Shown: positions 11,640-25,284, numbered from the whole stretch's first letter. The stretch is DNA of 63,718 nt, filler included, from Octopus bimaculoides (GCF_001194135.2; 4 parts of 3 records of this genome joined end to end with filler, not necessarily neighbours in it), one strand, 5' to 3'. Translations and numbers: made by a program. Notes: generated from the sequence alone by a model not told the origin.

Positions 11640-11776
11640 TTCTGGTACTTGACTGATGAAAGAAAGTCAAGAATGACTCGCCTTTTTTTTTGCCTCTCCT
11701 AATTGTTGTTTCTCTTGTCCGCCTTTGTGTCGCGTCTACCTGTCCGAACGCTTTAATGCCCTCTATTGCGTTTTGT
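11640..11776 (+). mobile_element. Penelope-like terminal repeat fragment (weak hammerhead-like core)
   Basis: ACTGATGAAAGAAAGTCAAGAATGACTCG resembles ACTGAGGAAAGAAAACTCCGAATGACTCG at 54747. Confidence 0.3.
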
Positions 11777-12354
11777 NNNNNNNNNNNNNNNNNNNNNNNN
11801 NNNNNNNNNNNNNNNNNNNNNNNNNNNNNNNNNNNNNNNNNNNNNNNNNNNNNNNNNNNNNNNNNNNNNNNNNNNNNNNNNNNNNNNNNNNNNNNNNNNN
11901 NNNNNNNNNNNNNNNNNNNNNNNNNNNNNNNNNNNNNNNNNNNNNNNNNNNNNNNNNNNNNNNNNNNNNNNNNNNNNNNNNNNNNNNNNNNNNNNNNNNN
12001 NNNNNNNNNNNNNNNNNNNNNNNNNNNNNNNNNNNNNNNNNNNNNNNNNNNNNNNNNNNNNNNNNNNNNNNNNNNNNNNNNNNNNNNNNNNNNNNNNNNN
12101 NNNNNNNNNNNNNNNNNNNNNNNNNNNNNNNNNNNNNNNNNNNNNNNNNNNNNNNNNNNNNNNNNNNNNNNNNNNNNNNNNNNNNNNNNNNNNNNNNNNN
12201 NNNNNNNNNNNNNNNNNNNNNNNNNNNNNNNNNNNNNNNNNNNNNNNNNNNNNNNNNNNNNNNNNNNNNNNNNNNNNNNNNNNNNNNNNNNNNNNNNNNN
12301 NNNNNNNNNNNNNNNNNNNNNNNNNNNNNNNNNNNNNNNNNNNNNNNNNNNNNN

Positions 12355-12387
<33 letters not shown>

Positions 12388-12414
12388 CTATCTATTTTTG
12401 TATGTTTGAGTCTG

Positions 12415-12600
12415 TGTGTGTCTCCTTCCATCGCTTGACAAACGATGTCGGTATTTTAGCGGTTCAGCAAAAGTGACCGACAGAAGAAGTAGGCTTATAA
12501 AAAATAAGTACTGGAGTAGATTTGTTCGACTAAAGGCAGTACTCCATCATGGCTGTAGTCAAATGGCTGAAACAAGTAAAATAATATATAAAGAATGAAA
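12415..12600 (+). mobile_element. SINE A, 3' half
   Basis: CATCGCTTGACAAACGATG...CGACTAAAGGCAGTACTCCATCATGGC...CTGAAACAAGTAAAA. Confidence 0.8.
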
Positions 12601-14289
12601 GTATATACACCCGTACAGGGAGTGATACATCATAAATCATACAGAGACAACAACATCAAGAACAGACGATTATTCATTAGAAAATGTTTCCATACAGTTT
12701 GATAAAATCTTTCTTCTTTATTACGACGTATAATCTTTCAGTCTTTTGTCTTTATCAGAACAAAACTGATGCGTTATTTCCAACACGAGATCCTCATGTA
12801 TAATACTCTATATGTTTTATAGCGGGAAATTCTATGCAGAAAATGGAATGTGAAAACAACGAGAGAGATATCACACACGAACGCAGACGTTCACATACAT
12901 ATACACTCACACANNNNNNNNNNNNNNNNNNNNNNNNNNNNNNNNNNNNNNNNNNNNNNNNNNNNNNNNNNNNNNNNNNNNNNNNNNNNNNNNNNNNNNN
13001 NNNNNNNNNNNNNCGACATACATAGTAATTTTAGGAATAAATATTTCGTAATTATATCGCAAGTATTTCTGTTGTATAAAATGATGAGCGAGAACATATA
13101 CATGCAGATAATAGGAAAAGATAGTTAAAAATAAAATCAAGTTTCAAACCACGTGATTTACCCCCCATTCCCACCTTCGGTTCTTTAATTGCACCAAGGA
13201 AACGCTGACTTTTAGTATTTATTGGTCGGATACATACTCACATATACACATATACTCACACACACACACACGCACACACACACACATACACACACACATA
13301 CACACGTCATATTATTGCTGTAGACCAGATTAGTTTATATTTTCGGTAGTTCTACAAATTTAAATGTATGAAAGAGATATTTTGCATATAAGCGCAAACT
13401 ATATATTCAAGTAATCGCTATTAAAGTTCATAATATAAGTTGATTTTAAATTCTACTGTTAATGCTGGTTTCAATGATTCGAATAATCTGGGAAATTTTT
13501 TCTTTTTTAACAAACAAAATCAAGTGTATTCACACTTATTATATATATATCGACAGTGCCCCTGTTCCTTAACTGCCCTTCCTACAGTGTGTATTATAAG
13601 CTATAATATGCTCATACCATCCTCTTTACGATGCCGCTGAAAGAGTTATAACATTTCCATATAAATTTTTCAACATCTCACTACAATAAGTACGATTGTT
13701 TCTTGGGATGTATGTTATGTATATAATTCAATATGAAGCTGGATTTTACTTTTAAGTGTTTTAATATTAACTGTATAAATAAATGCATATAATTAATATA
13801 TATGTGTACTTATGTACGTATTATGTATGTGTGTACCTCTCTTTCTGTGTGTGTACATATACATCCACCTCATCCCTTACACATACTCCCACATACCCCA
13901 CTTCTACCCCAACCCTCAGCCTAACCCACAGCCCACTCTTGCTTTCTCCACTCTCGCATCCCCACATCCCAACACCATCACACCACACCACACACCACTA
14001 CACCATACCACACAACACATCATATCACAATACACCACCACTCACACACCAGCACTGACCAATTCCCAGCCCCATATTTTCTCACCTACACATACACACA
14101 CGCACACGTCAAGATCACCAGCCCTCTTCCACACGCGCATACGAACTCTCTTATACTCACGCACGCGCACCTTCGTTTTCGGATCACCACTACTTTATTA
14201 TCTCCTCTTCTTCTTAGCTCTCCTGTATGACCCTTCTGTCTGGTATTCGCCATGATAGATCGCTAGCCACTACACATTCTTTTTTTCAC

Positions 14290-14397
14290 TCCTCGTTTCT
14301 TTCTGTGTTCCTTTCTGTGGAAGAGCGTAGGCTCGAAACGTTAAAGACTTTTTCACTTCCCGAGCGTTATACTAATACATCTGTTTGTTTTCTACAC
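14290..14397 (+). mobile_element. Penelope-like repeat with a minimal hammerhead-like fold
   Basis: CTTT-CTGTGGAA-GAGC gtag GCTC-GAAAC-GTT-AAAG; near-identical copy at 27340-27484. Confidence 0.55.
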
Positions 14398-14502
14398 NNN
14401 NNNNNNNNNNNNNNNNNNNNNNNNNNNNNNNNNNNNNNNNNNNNNNNNNNNNNNNNNNNNNNNNNNNNNNNNNNNNNNNNNNNNNNNNNNNNNNNNNNNN
14501 NN

Positions 14503-14541
<39 letters not shown>

Positions 14542-15605
14542 GTATGTATATATATTAATAATTAAGAACAGAGGTTTGAATATCCAGTTTCATTCTGCAG
14601 TCAATCACGTCTTTCCATTTCTGTAGCTACGTATGTTTTGCTGCAGCTCAATGCACACTGTAAAAGTTTGTATCTTGGTGTGCATTTTGATATTAATTGC
14701 TGCTTCTTCAGGGTACTATTAACTTCATTTCAGATTTCATTTGAACCAAATACAAGTCCGACCAAAATATTTCATACTCGTGGGGTTAGTTTTCTAAAAA
14801 TAGCCTAAATTCTGACCTTTTCACCTCTGCTGGTAAGAGAAAAAAAACAAAACAAACAAGTGTCCAAGAATGGGTCAGTAGTCAGCAAATGTGTTTTTTT
14901 TCTTTGAGTGGTGAGTGGAAATATTCGTATTTAGTATCAGGTTACTTAGAGTATGTTGATATTATTATTGTTGCTGCTGCTACTGCTGCTACTACTACCA
15001 TTGTTAGGAACGAGCTATTATTCTATTATTTAATTTGCTAATTTATAATTAAATTAAATTTATGGATATCGTTAATCTTATACCCTTATTTTTCTTTAAT
15101 TTTTAGAATTAAGTTTAATTATGTTGGAGTTTAATTAGCTTCCCTACTTCATATTGTTTACAGATTTCTATTCTAATTTTAGTATTACGTATCATGCAAT
15201 TACTTAAATCGATTAAACGGGTGTTTAGACTGATGAATACATCGTACGCGCTATCGCGTATATGGTTTATTAATTTTTATTTTGATGTAAAAATTTGGTA
15301 AATTTCTTCAGCACACAGTTCTCACCATTTTCTCGCTCAGCTATATGGTTTCGCTCTACAACTTATTTCCCAGGTAATTTCATATTCCTTATTATTTTCT
15401 TTGATGGACCAAATTAATATGCTTAAGCTAGCATTATTCCTCTTTTTGCTGTCTCTAAATGGGTTATCGTGATTTGTAATTCTTCTTTTTATATGTGTTT
15501 CGCAAGCGCCGATATAATAATATACCTGACCTTCTGAGACTACGACACCCGTCAGGATTGTACATCTCTACCAACAAAATTTGGAAATCTTGCTAATATA
15601 TATAT

Positions 15606-16011
15606 ATAGGTGCAGGAGTGGCTGTGTGGTAAGTAGCTTGCTTACCGACCACAAGGTTTCGGGTTCAGCTCCACTGCGTGGCACTTTGGGCGAGTGTCTT
15701 CTACTAAGCCTTGTGAGTGGNNNNNNNNNNNNNNNNNNNNNNNNNNNNNNNNNNNNNNNNNNNNNNNNNNNNNNNNNNNNNNNNNNNNNNNNNNNNNNNN
15801 NNNNNNNNNNNNNNNNNNNNNNNNNNNNNNNNNNNNNNNNNNNNNNNNNNNNNNNNNNNNNNNNNNNNNNNNNNNNNNNNNNNNNNNNNNNNNNNNNNNN
15901 NNNNNNNNNNNNNNNNNNNNNNNNNNNNNNNNNNNNNNNNNNNNNNNNNNNNNNNNNNNNNNNNNNNNNNNNNNNNNNNNNNNNNNNNNNNNNNNNNNNN
16001 NNNNNNNNNNN

Positions 16012-16048
<37 letters not shown>

Positions 16049-16240
16049 ATGTTTGTGTGTCTGTGTTTGTCCCCCCAATATCGCTTGACAACCGATGCTG
16101 CTGTGTTTACGTCCCCGTAACTTAGCGGTAGAATTAATACCAGGCTTTACAAAATGTAGAGATCGATTAGATCGACTAAAAGTTCTTGAAGGCGGCGCCC
16201 CAGCATGGCCGCAGACAAATCACTGAAGTAAGGAAAATAT
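15606..16240 (+). mobile_element. SINE A spanning a gap
   Basis: Head GGTGCAGGAGTGGCTGTGTGGTAAG..GGGTTCAG; tail GGCGGCGCCCCAGCATGGCCGCAG. Confidence 0.85.
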
Positions 16241-16339
16241 AAAAGATATAAGTGAATATCTTGTACATATAATACATGTATACATACATTTATACATACA
16301 TGCATGCATGCGTACATGCATACATAGCTGCATACATGC

Positions 16340-16391
<52 letters not shown>

Positions 16392-16684
16392 NNNNNNNNN
16401 NCATGCATACATACATATATTTTCCTCTTATTTATATATTTAAATGTAATTTATCTACATACATATATATACATATATACATGCATATATACATATGCAC
16501 ATTCATACACCCAAACACACACATATGTATCTATCTATAATATGTGTTTTGAGTGCGTGTATGCATGTCCATCTAAGTAATGAATCTACACCTCCCTCTA
16601 TGCATCTGTATATTTAAACCATCTTTGCATCTTGGTACCCAATCTTCTCTTAAACCATTTATCTAACTTTCAATCCCAATATAT

Positions 16685-17110
16685 TCTTTTCTACTCTAGG
16701 CACAAGGCCCGAAATTTTTGAGGAAGGGGCCAGTCGATTAGATCGACCCCAGTACGCAAACTGGTACTTAATTTATCGACTCCGAAAGGATGAAAGGAAA
16801 AGTCGACCTCTGCGGAATTTGAAAGAACGTTAAGACAGACGAAATACCGCTAAGCATTTCGTCCGGTGTGCTAACGTTTCTTATTTCTTTATTGCCCACA
16901 AGGGGCTAAACATAGAGGGGACAAACAAGGACAGAGAAAGGGATTAAGTCGATTAGATCGACCTCAGTGTATAACTGGTACTTAATTTATCGACCCCGAA
17001 AGGATGAAAGGCAAAGTCAACCTCGACGGAATTTGAACTCAGAACGTAACGGCAGACGAAATACCGCTAAGCATTTCGCCCGGCGTGCTAACGTTTCTGC
17101 CAGCTCGCCG
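16685..17110 (-). mobile_element. dimeric SINE B
   Basis: Two tandem bodies joined by the TTATTTCTTTATTGCCCACAAGGGGC spacer; same layout as 50838-51265. Confidence 0.9.
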
Positions 17111-17573
17111 CGTTTGTGTTCGTTACATAAAATTAATACTGTTAGAATGATCAGTTCCTTAATGAAATTATCCAGTATCTCTTGATCTGCTCTTCTCCGC
17201 TCCTTTAAAAAATGTTTTAACTTGCGAAAAAATAGATATGGAAATATATAAAAAGTAAAATATAAAATAAGGCGAAATGTAAGAGTTATAGAAATCAATA
17301 TATATATATATGATATCAAGTAATTAACAAAAACAAAAACTACACTGGAAATATGGCGGATATCAGCATGGCAACAGGCCATTGGCTAGAATCGATAAAC
17401 GTAGAATTGTATAAAAATACGAAAAATAATTCACACACACACACATGCATATATGTGTGTGTATATGTATGTATAAACACAACACTCGCACACACACATA
17501 TACATGCACGCATATATATGTACATTTATATGCATCAAGTTATGTAAATATACATATATATATATATGTACAC

Positions 17574-17605
<32 letters not shown>

Positions 17606-18431
17606 NNNNNNNNNNNNNNNNNNNNNNNNNNNNNNNNNNNNNNNNNNNNNNNNNNNNNNNNNNNNNNNNNNNNNNNNNNNNNNNNNNNNNNNNNNNNNNN
17701 NNNNNNNNNNNNNNNNNCATGTATATATATATATATATATACATATATATATGTATAGATATATGCGTATATATATACATATGTATATATATATACATAC
17801 ACATGCATACATACATACGTACATACATACGTACATACATAAATACTCACACATACAGACATATGCATATACATAACACATGCATGCGTCTACGTACACA
17901 CATATGTATGTATATCAATTTCGCGAACAAAATTTTTATATTCATCGTAAATCGAACTGATCAATAGAACGTTTTAGTATCATTTCATTTCAATTGATAT
18001 TTCAGTATCTCTGTCCATTTTCTCATCATGATAGGGAATTATTATTTTTTTTTCGTAAAGATGATGGCGGTGTCTGTGCTCAAATAATTTTCTGATATAA
18101 GAGAGAAGGAAATAGAATGTTGAGACAGTTAAATCCATCCTTTATCAGTGATTACTGGAATTAGTACTGAATCTGCCAAGAGCATTTGCTCAATCATACT
18201 CTTTCAAACCGGAAGATATCATTTTGTTGTGAAATAAGCGTCGGGGAAGTTTAACCTCTTAAGGCTAAAAAGTCTCTTTTGTTTATTTCAAAACAACATG
18301 AAAAGTCAGAGTATTCATTACTTTTCGTAAAATATAGTAGTGTTAGTTTTTATTAACTGAGGACCCAAACTAGGTTGCGGTCTAGGCTCCCCGAACCTTA
18401 CCTCTTGTTTTCAAATGAGTAATTTTGTTTT

Positions 18432-18572
18432 TGCTTACCAACCACATGGTTCCGTGTTCATTCCCACTACGTGGCACCTTGGCCAAGTGTCTTCTACTAT
18501 AGCCCCGGGCCGACCAAAGCCTTGTGAGTGGATTTGGTAGACGGAAACTGAAAGAAGGCCGTCGTATATATG

Positions 18573-18603
<31 letters not shown>

Positions 18604-18830
18604 GTGTGTGTGTATGTTTGTGTGTGTGTGTTTGTCTCCCCAGCATCGTTTGACAACCGATGGTGGTGTGTTTATGTCCCCGTAACTTAGCGGTTCGGCA
18701 AAAGAGGCCGATAGGATAAGTACTAGGCTTCCAAAGAATAAGTCCTGGGGTCGATTTGCTCGACTAAAGGCGGTGCTCCAGCATGGCCACTGTCAAAATG
18801 ACTGAAACAAGTAAAAGAGTAAAAGAGTTT
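18432..18830 (+). mobile_element. SINE A, near full length with internal (TA)/(TG) tract
   Basis: All family A segments are present; ends CTGAAACAAGTAAAAGAGTAAAAGAG. Confidence 0.9.
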
Positions 18831-19324
18831 CCCAAATTCTTGATGCGAACTTGTGTTGAAGCACATTTTGTTGTACCTCGGGTGGGTCATCTTCCCAATA
18901 AAATCACGCGCACTCGGTTTATTTCACTTTTTCATTATTATTATCATTAGTCGATTAGTTAACCATTTGGCCAATTCATTAATCAATCGTTTGATTAATC
19001 ATTCGGTTGATCAATTTGCCAGAGTACCTTCCTTCGCCATTTGCGACCTCATCAACAACCGATTAATTAATTGGTCAAATAGTCAACTAATTGACTGATA
19101 ATAAAAAAAAAAAAATATGGAACAGAACCCGTACGTGTGCTTATTATTGGTAGAGTGATGCACTCGAGATACAGCAAAATCTATCGATGTATTTTAAATA
19201 AAATAAATGACCTTTTAGAGAAAACGAAAAGCGCGACGTTCATACAGGTTTCATAAGCACTATTGGCACAAAAACGACAACGACAAGAAGAACAAGGACA
19301 ACAGGAATAGCAACAATATTTATT

Positions 19325-19530
19325 TTTACCATAGACACAAGACCTAAAAGCTTTTTGGAGGGGTTTAATTGATTAGAACTAGACCAGTGGTCGACTGGTG
19401 CTTATTTTATCGATGCCGAAAAAATAAAAGGTAAAGTTGATTTGGGCGGGTTTTGAACTAAGAACGTAATGAGTCGGAGCAAATGCAATAATATAGTTCA
19501 TCCGGCGTTCAAGTGATTCAGCCACCAAAT
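19325..19530 (-). mobile_element. SINE B monomer, diverged
   Basis: ACTGGTGCTTATTTTATCGATGCCGAAA...TTTGAACT. Confidence 0.7.
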
Positions 19531-21099
19531 CAACAACAACAACAATAACAATAATAATTTTGTCTTTTCAATTTTTTATATTAAAAAAAAAAAAATGATG
19601 ATTTAAGGAGCAGATAATTATCAAGTGTTATTACGAAGATGTTAATTCTTCCTTTGTATTGGAGTCACATCGCGTCTCCAATCTATGAATTTTATGAAGA
19701 AAAGATAGAAAAAGATAGAAATGAAACGATATTTCGAGTAGTGGTAGTAGTAGTTGTAGTAGTAGTAGTAGAGGAGGAGGGGGAGGAGGAGGAAGAAAAA
19801 GAAGGAAAGAAAGTGAAAGAGAAACTTGTGAATAAGCGTTACATAGGAAAAATATAGCATGCGTCAAGAGGTACTCACACATGTATACACACTTGCACAC
19901 TCGCTAAAACATCCATATACGTGTGTATACAATTGAGCACACAGATTTACGCACACTACACACATATACAAATATAGGTACACATATACGCATCTATATG
20001 TACATTTTTAGACATAGATAACGATATAACACGTACATGGGTATTAATCGTACACATACACATAGTCATGTCTACGCATGTGCTTCATTCTTATATCTAA
20101 TGAGGGAGAGATATGCAACACGTGTACACACGCTGATAAGAATACTTTCGCATATACACAAACATACACACTTCCATCTATCCATCTATCCATCGATCGA
20201 TCGATCCATCCATCTATACATGCTTGCATACACGAATACATACATACATATAAATACACACGCATACATACATACATGCATAAACCCATACATTCATCCA
20301 CATACATATATTCATCAACACGTACATTCATACATATATATATATATATAATACATACATGCACATATACATACAAGCATACATACAGTCATATATACGT
20401 TCATACACATGCATACATTCATACATACACACACGTATACATACATATGAACGAACACAGACAGACATATAACGCACATACGCAGAGGCAACAGAATAAT
20501 TTATGAGATTTTCTTGATAAATGTCTATAAATTTAAATTAATTTATAAAATAATATGAAGTCAGAAATCTTAAATTAATTATCATATTTACTCTGATGGT
20601 TTGCAATTCTCAATTCAGTAACCAAAGTGATTCAAATGTTTTAGACTTGATTTTATCTTATAAAAGAAATACAATTTAGCAAATATAAAAATATACGAAA
20701 CGAAAAACGAAATACGAAATATCTATTATCCTTTTTCAGTTTGCTTCCCTCTCCCAATTTCCCACAACTATATCATTATTCACTCGTCTCAAACTTTGTC
20801 CAGTCACCGAAAAATTAGGTACCACTGTTTTTCAACATACAATTTGTTTGCTTGACGGTCTGTGAACGTTTCTGATCAAGTATCACCGAAACTACTCAAG
20901 AAGATGCTTTTTATATCATATCAATTGTATCTTGTGGTTGCACAGAGATTTTTAACCTCACAACCATTCCTGTGCCTAGTTATGCGAAATACAAAATTGA
21001 TTTTTGTCCTTGTTCATATATATCGATAGTTCAAATATTATTTCTCTTTCGCATTAATTGATTTCTAAAATTGGCACTCGAACTCGCCGGCAGCCGCCG

Positions 21100-21193
21100 T
21101 TCCGTTCGTGCTCTCATTCCGTTCGTGCTCTCGCTCCGTTCGTGCTCTCGTTCCGTTCGTGCTCTCGTTCCGTTCGCGCTCTCGTTCCGTTCG
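21100..21193. repeat. 17-bp CpG-rich tandem repeat, 5.5 copies
   Basis: Unit TTCCGTTCGTGCTCTCG starting at 21100, 21117, 21134, 21151, 21168; partial at 21185. Confidence 0.95.
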
Positions 21194-23054
21194 GGCCGAT
21201 CAGTTTCTTCCTCGCCTGCGCCTACACGCCGTCGCTAGGGTAGTCTGAGGAAAGATGCTTGTTTGTTACTTTATCTATAGGCCCCTGGAAGTATGAAAGA
21301 TAAAGTTGACTACTGAAAAATTTGAACAGAGATAGGTAATCTTTTTTGTGTGGTGGTGTGGTTATTGGATATGATTGACGAGGGTAAATAATACAAATAC
21401 AACCGAAAAGGATTGGCAAAGATTTCCTATTTCGTCTCTTTTATATTTACGATTAAACAGACTCAAAAATATTGAGACTGCTCTGCGACGGCAAGACATG
21501 TACTATTTGGTAAAATAGACAAAAAAAAGAGTACGGTGAACTAGTTATGGAGAATGGAAAATCCAACGTTGCGGACAAAGTCTTTCTTCAAGGAAAAGTT
21601 GACAGGAGGAGAGATTAAAGAGACAACAAAATTTGCATCTAAGAAAAACTAGCTGCAAATGATATGAAACATGGGACTACGGGAGCTTCATAGGTGAACA
21701 GGAAGGAGGAGGAGTGAGAAACTGGGTGATAGTGGTAGAAGGAAAGAACAAGAGAAAAAGAGGGCGAAAGCAGGAGAGAGGTTAAGTGACAGATGAGGTG
21801 AAAGGGGAGTTGACGGATACGAAAGAGATTAGGGAACTAAGAGGGGATGTATGAGTATTTATATTTGCTAATTTTCGTTTTCTTAATAGAGTTAAATCAA
21901 ATCAAAACGATTCGAATTAAAATTTGAATTAAAATTTTGCAAACAACAACTGACAACTTGATTAACTCGAACCATAAAATGGAAAATATTAATCTTAATA
22001 TTCACAAAAATACTTTAAAAAATGGAATTTGAACTTTCGATCTAACACTAATGCACTGTTAAGACATATTTTAACCCAAAGAGACCGTATCTATATAAAG
22101 TGAATAAGAATTCACTTAATTAAAATTAAATTTATAATTAATTAGTAAAAATTAATTAAAATTGAACACTGATGATCTTAACAATAATTCGACGTCCATT
22201 GGATGAAGAGTCAAAAGAGTCAATGTAAAATACACAGAAAAGAATACAAAATGTAAACAGAAAAGGGGAACAAAGATAAAAACAAATAAATAAAATAAAA
22301 TAAACAATATACGTTAATATGCAGTGATATCACTTTCAGACAAAATAATTCAGATCTGCATACACTTCCGGTTGAATGACAATCTCTACGATTTATATAA
22401 TGGAATGTTAATAGGAGAACAATTATTTTTTGAATACACGTGATTCCCTAATAGTGATGGTCGTTAATACAAGGGCGATAATTACACAATTATAACAGGA
22501 AATGAGATTTGAAATTTGAATTTGAAATTAAGGAATAACAACGAGAAAGATGTATAGAACTTATGCATCTAGTTTTTTTTGCTTAGTTATTACGAAGTTC
22601 TTACAATTTGTAGCTGGTGCTAATCATGTAGAGCGCTATTTCATTCTTTTTAGAAATCATTAGCATGGTTATAACATGTGAATCATTAATTAGACATTTT
22701 ACGAAGTGAGTCATTTCATTAAAATTAAAGATAAAGTGAATTACAATCTTGAGAAGGTTCATGGAATGTGCTTTATTCTTCATAAAACGTTGGTAGTTTA
22801 TGAATCGAGAGAATGAGAACATTCATTATGTTTACGCATTGGCTCAGGAACAAGGGTTGCAAGGGTGCAAGCGCAAGGTCTAAAATTTTGGCGGGGCAAT
22901 GAAAACGATTTGAACATCCTCCTGAAATACTTCATCGCCAAAACGAAAGAGCGAAGAAACATTTTTGAACCGATTTGAAACATTACTCTTCCATTATTGG
23001 ATTTATATGATTTGATTGAAATATAGATATAATAGTAGTAGTAGTGGTAATCAT

Positions 23055-23266
23055 ACTTTCAAATTTTAGCACAGGGCCAGCAAGTTTGGAGGAGGGGTTA
23101 AGTCGATTACATCGACCCCAATGCTCAACTGGTACTTAATTTATCGACCCCGAAAGGATGAAAGGCAAAGTCGACCTTGGCAGAATTTGAACACACAACG
23201 TAAGGACGGAAGAAGTGTCACCAAGCATTTTGCCCTGCGTACTAACGATTTTGTCAACTCGCCGCC

Positions 23267-23270
<4 letters not shown>
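23055..23270 (-). mobile_element. SINE B monomer
   Basis: GTCGATTACATCGACCCC...GAAAGGATGAAAGGCAAAGTCGACC...ACTCGCCGCC. Confidence 0.9.

Positions 23271-23327
<57 letters not shown>
23270..23327. repeat. (TAA)n microsatellite
   Basis: direct read. Confidence 0.95.
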
Positions 23328-23341
23328 GTATTTTCATTATC

Positions 23342-23532
23342 ATTGCCTTTGCACAGCTTCTAACGCTGGAGATGTACTATGGTGTCAGCCGTTCAATACC
23401 AGTGAACTAAGGTAACACCTCTTATTTTTAGAGCACCTTCCGGAGTATTCGAGCAGCTCCAAGCAGTGCTGTTTTCTGCAAGTGCTCCACCCTTATTGCA
23501 TCCCCTATTTGTTCTGCCTTCTAAGCAAATTT
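23342..23532 (-). mobile_element. 5'-truncated R4/Dong-type LINE 3' end
   Basis: EQIGDAIRVEHLQKTALLGAARILRKVL*; homologous to 28905-29070. Confidence 0.85.
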
Positions 23533-25284
23533 CGTTCCCGCACTTATGTGCTTACGTATAGAATAATAGCCGTTTCCATGGAAATTCTATCTTGTGAAAA
23601 TTTCTGAACGCAGCCAATAATTTTAACCATTAATTACAGTCAATTTCCCAAGCGGTTTTCTATATATTCTTTGAGGTGTGGACAATCATTTCAAGCTGCT
23701 ATTTCTGATAGGTAATCCTTCGTGTATGCAGTCGATCGAAATCTATTGATAAACATACGTGTCGCGACCATTGTCAAAAGTTTAAAATAGATTCTTGTGA
23801 AATCTCAGCTAGAATGTTTTCAAACATACGTGGTTTCATCTCTGATGGTCAATAACAGAAAGGAGCTGACCATCGCCTCACAACATGAGACGGGATAAGA
23901 AATTTGAATTTGAATTTAAAGTAGTCCTTCGACTATCGCGCGTATTACGTTCCAGAACCTCCCACAGAAATAATTAAAATCTAAAAAATATAAATACCTA
24001 TCGGCCGTAGAAACCCGCAATATACTGAGGAGTCTGCGATATAAATTTACATATATTAGCCAGAAGAATCTGCAATGTATTAAGTGCGCGATAGGTGAAC
24101 CGTGATACGGCAAGGGTTACTGTATAGAATTATGACAAAAAAGTTGTATAGAATTCACATATTCTTTTCATTACTTACTACGAAGTTCTTTCGATTCCTA
24201 GTTGGTAGTAATCACGTATGGCTCTATTTCAGTTTTTTCTTCAGAAATCGTCTGCATTTTTTAACCTTTGACTTATAAATTAGACATTTTACGAAGAGAA
24301 ACATTTCATTAACAAAAAACATCAATTACTATCTGGAGGAATTTCATGGAATATCGATGTTGCTTTTGTTTGTAGAACGTTGGTTGTTTGATTTGTCAAA
24401 ACAAGCAGCGTTTCCACATAGGCCGGCGAGATAAGGAAACTACTGTATATAGATCAGTCAGTATAACTATGGTGAATTGTTTTACGTGTAAAATAAGCAA
24501 TAATTTATATCGAGTACAGTGATTGATCATAACACCACGCCATACTCTAATACAAAAACAAATTCACTCAAATTGATACAATCGAACCATTACTCAGCAA
24601 AAATATACAAACCGCGCACATATCCTATAAGAGCCAACTGCTCGTTTGCGCTTTGAAATGTGAGATTTAACAGTGTAACACGTTATCAGTAAGCACATAT
24701 TTTAAGTCTGCAACCATGTTTTTCAGAATAACTTGACCAACAGATATTTCGGGACTTCGACTGCGAAACATATATGGATTTCTGCAATGAAGAACTTACT
24801 ACAGTTTTCAATGGACAAATGGTTTTAGTCTGCTAAAAGTCAAAGGGCTAATTACTAGAGAGAAGTTTATCATTCACACGCTTAATTCTTCGATAAATCG
24901 AAGTTGAAAACCGGTGCTATGGTTCCGTTTCCTGTGTGAACAAGTAACTTTAGATTAGAGGAAAAGTAAACGGTTTACAAAACTTGCTGCTTTGAAATGC
25001 ATCCCGTGGATTCTTTGATGTGAGAATGATTTTTATTGTAGTCTCATAAGCAAATCGTAAGAAAATCATTTGAAGCAAATTGTAGGAACATCATTTCAAG
25101 ATGACTTCGTAATGTTGTAAGTTTGACGGAGCTGTGCCTTCTTCAAGCGACATTCGAAAGTGATTCATTTTCAACGTTACAAGTCAGTTATACTGTGATC
25201 ACCCCGCTTATATCAGTGTGTTTTAAGAGATCACAACGCCAGTGTACACTTAGTTGTTTTTATGACTCAACGAGGTGAAGAGGC

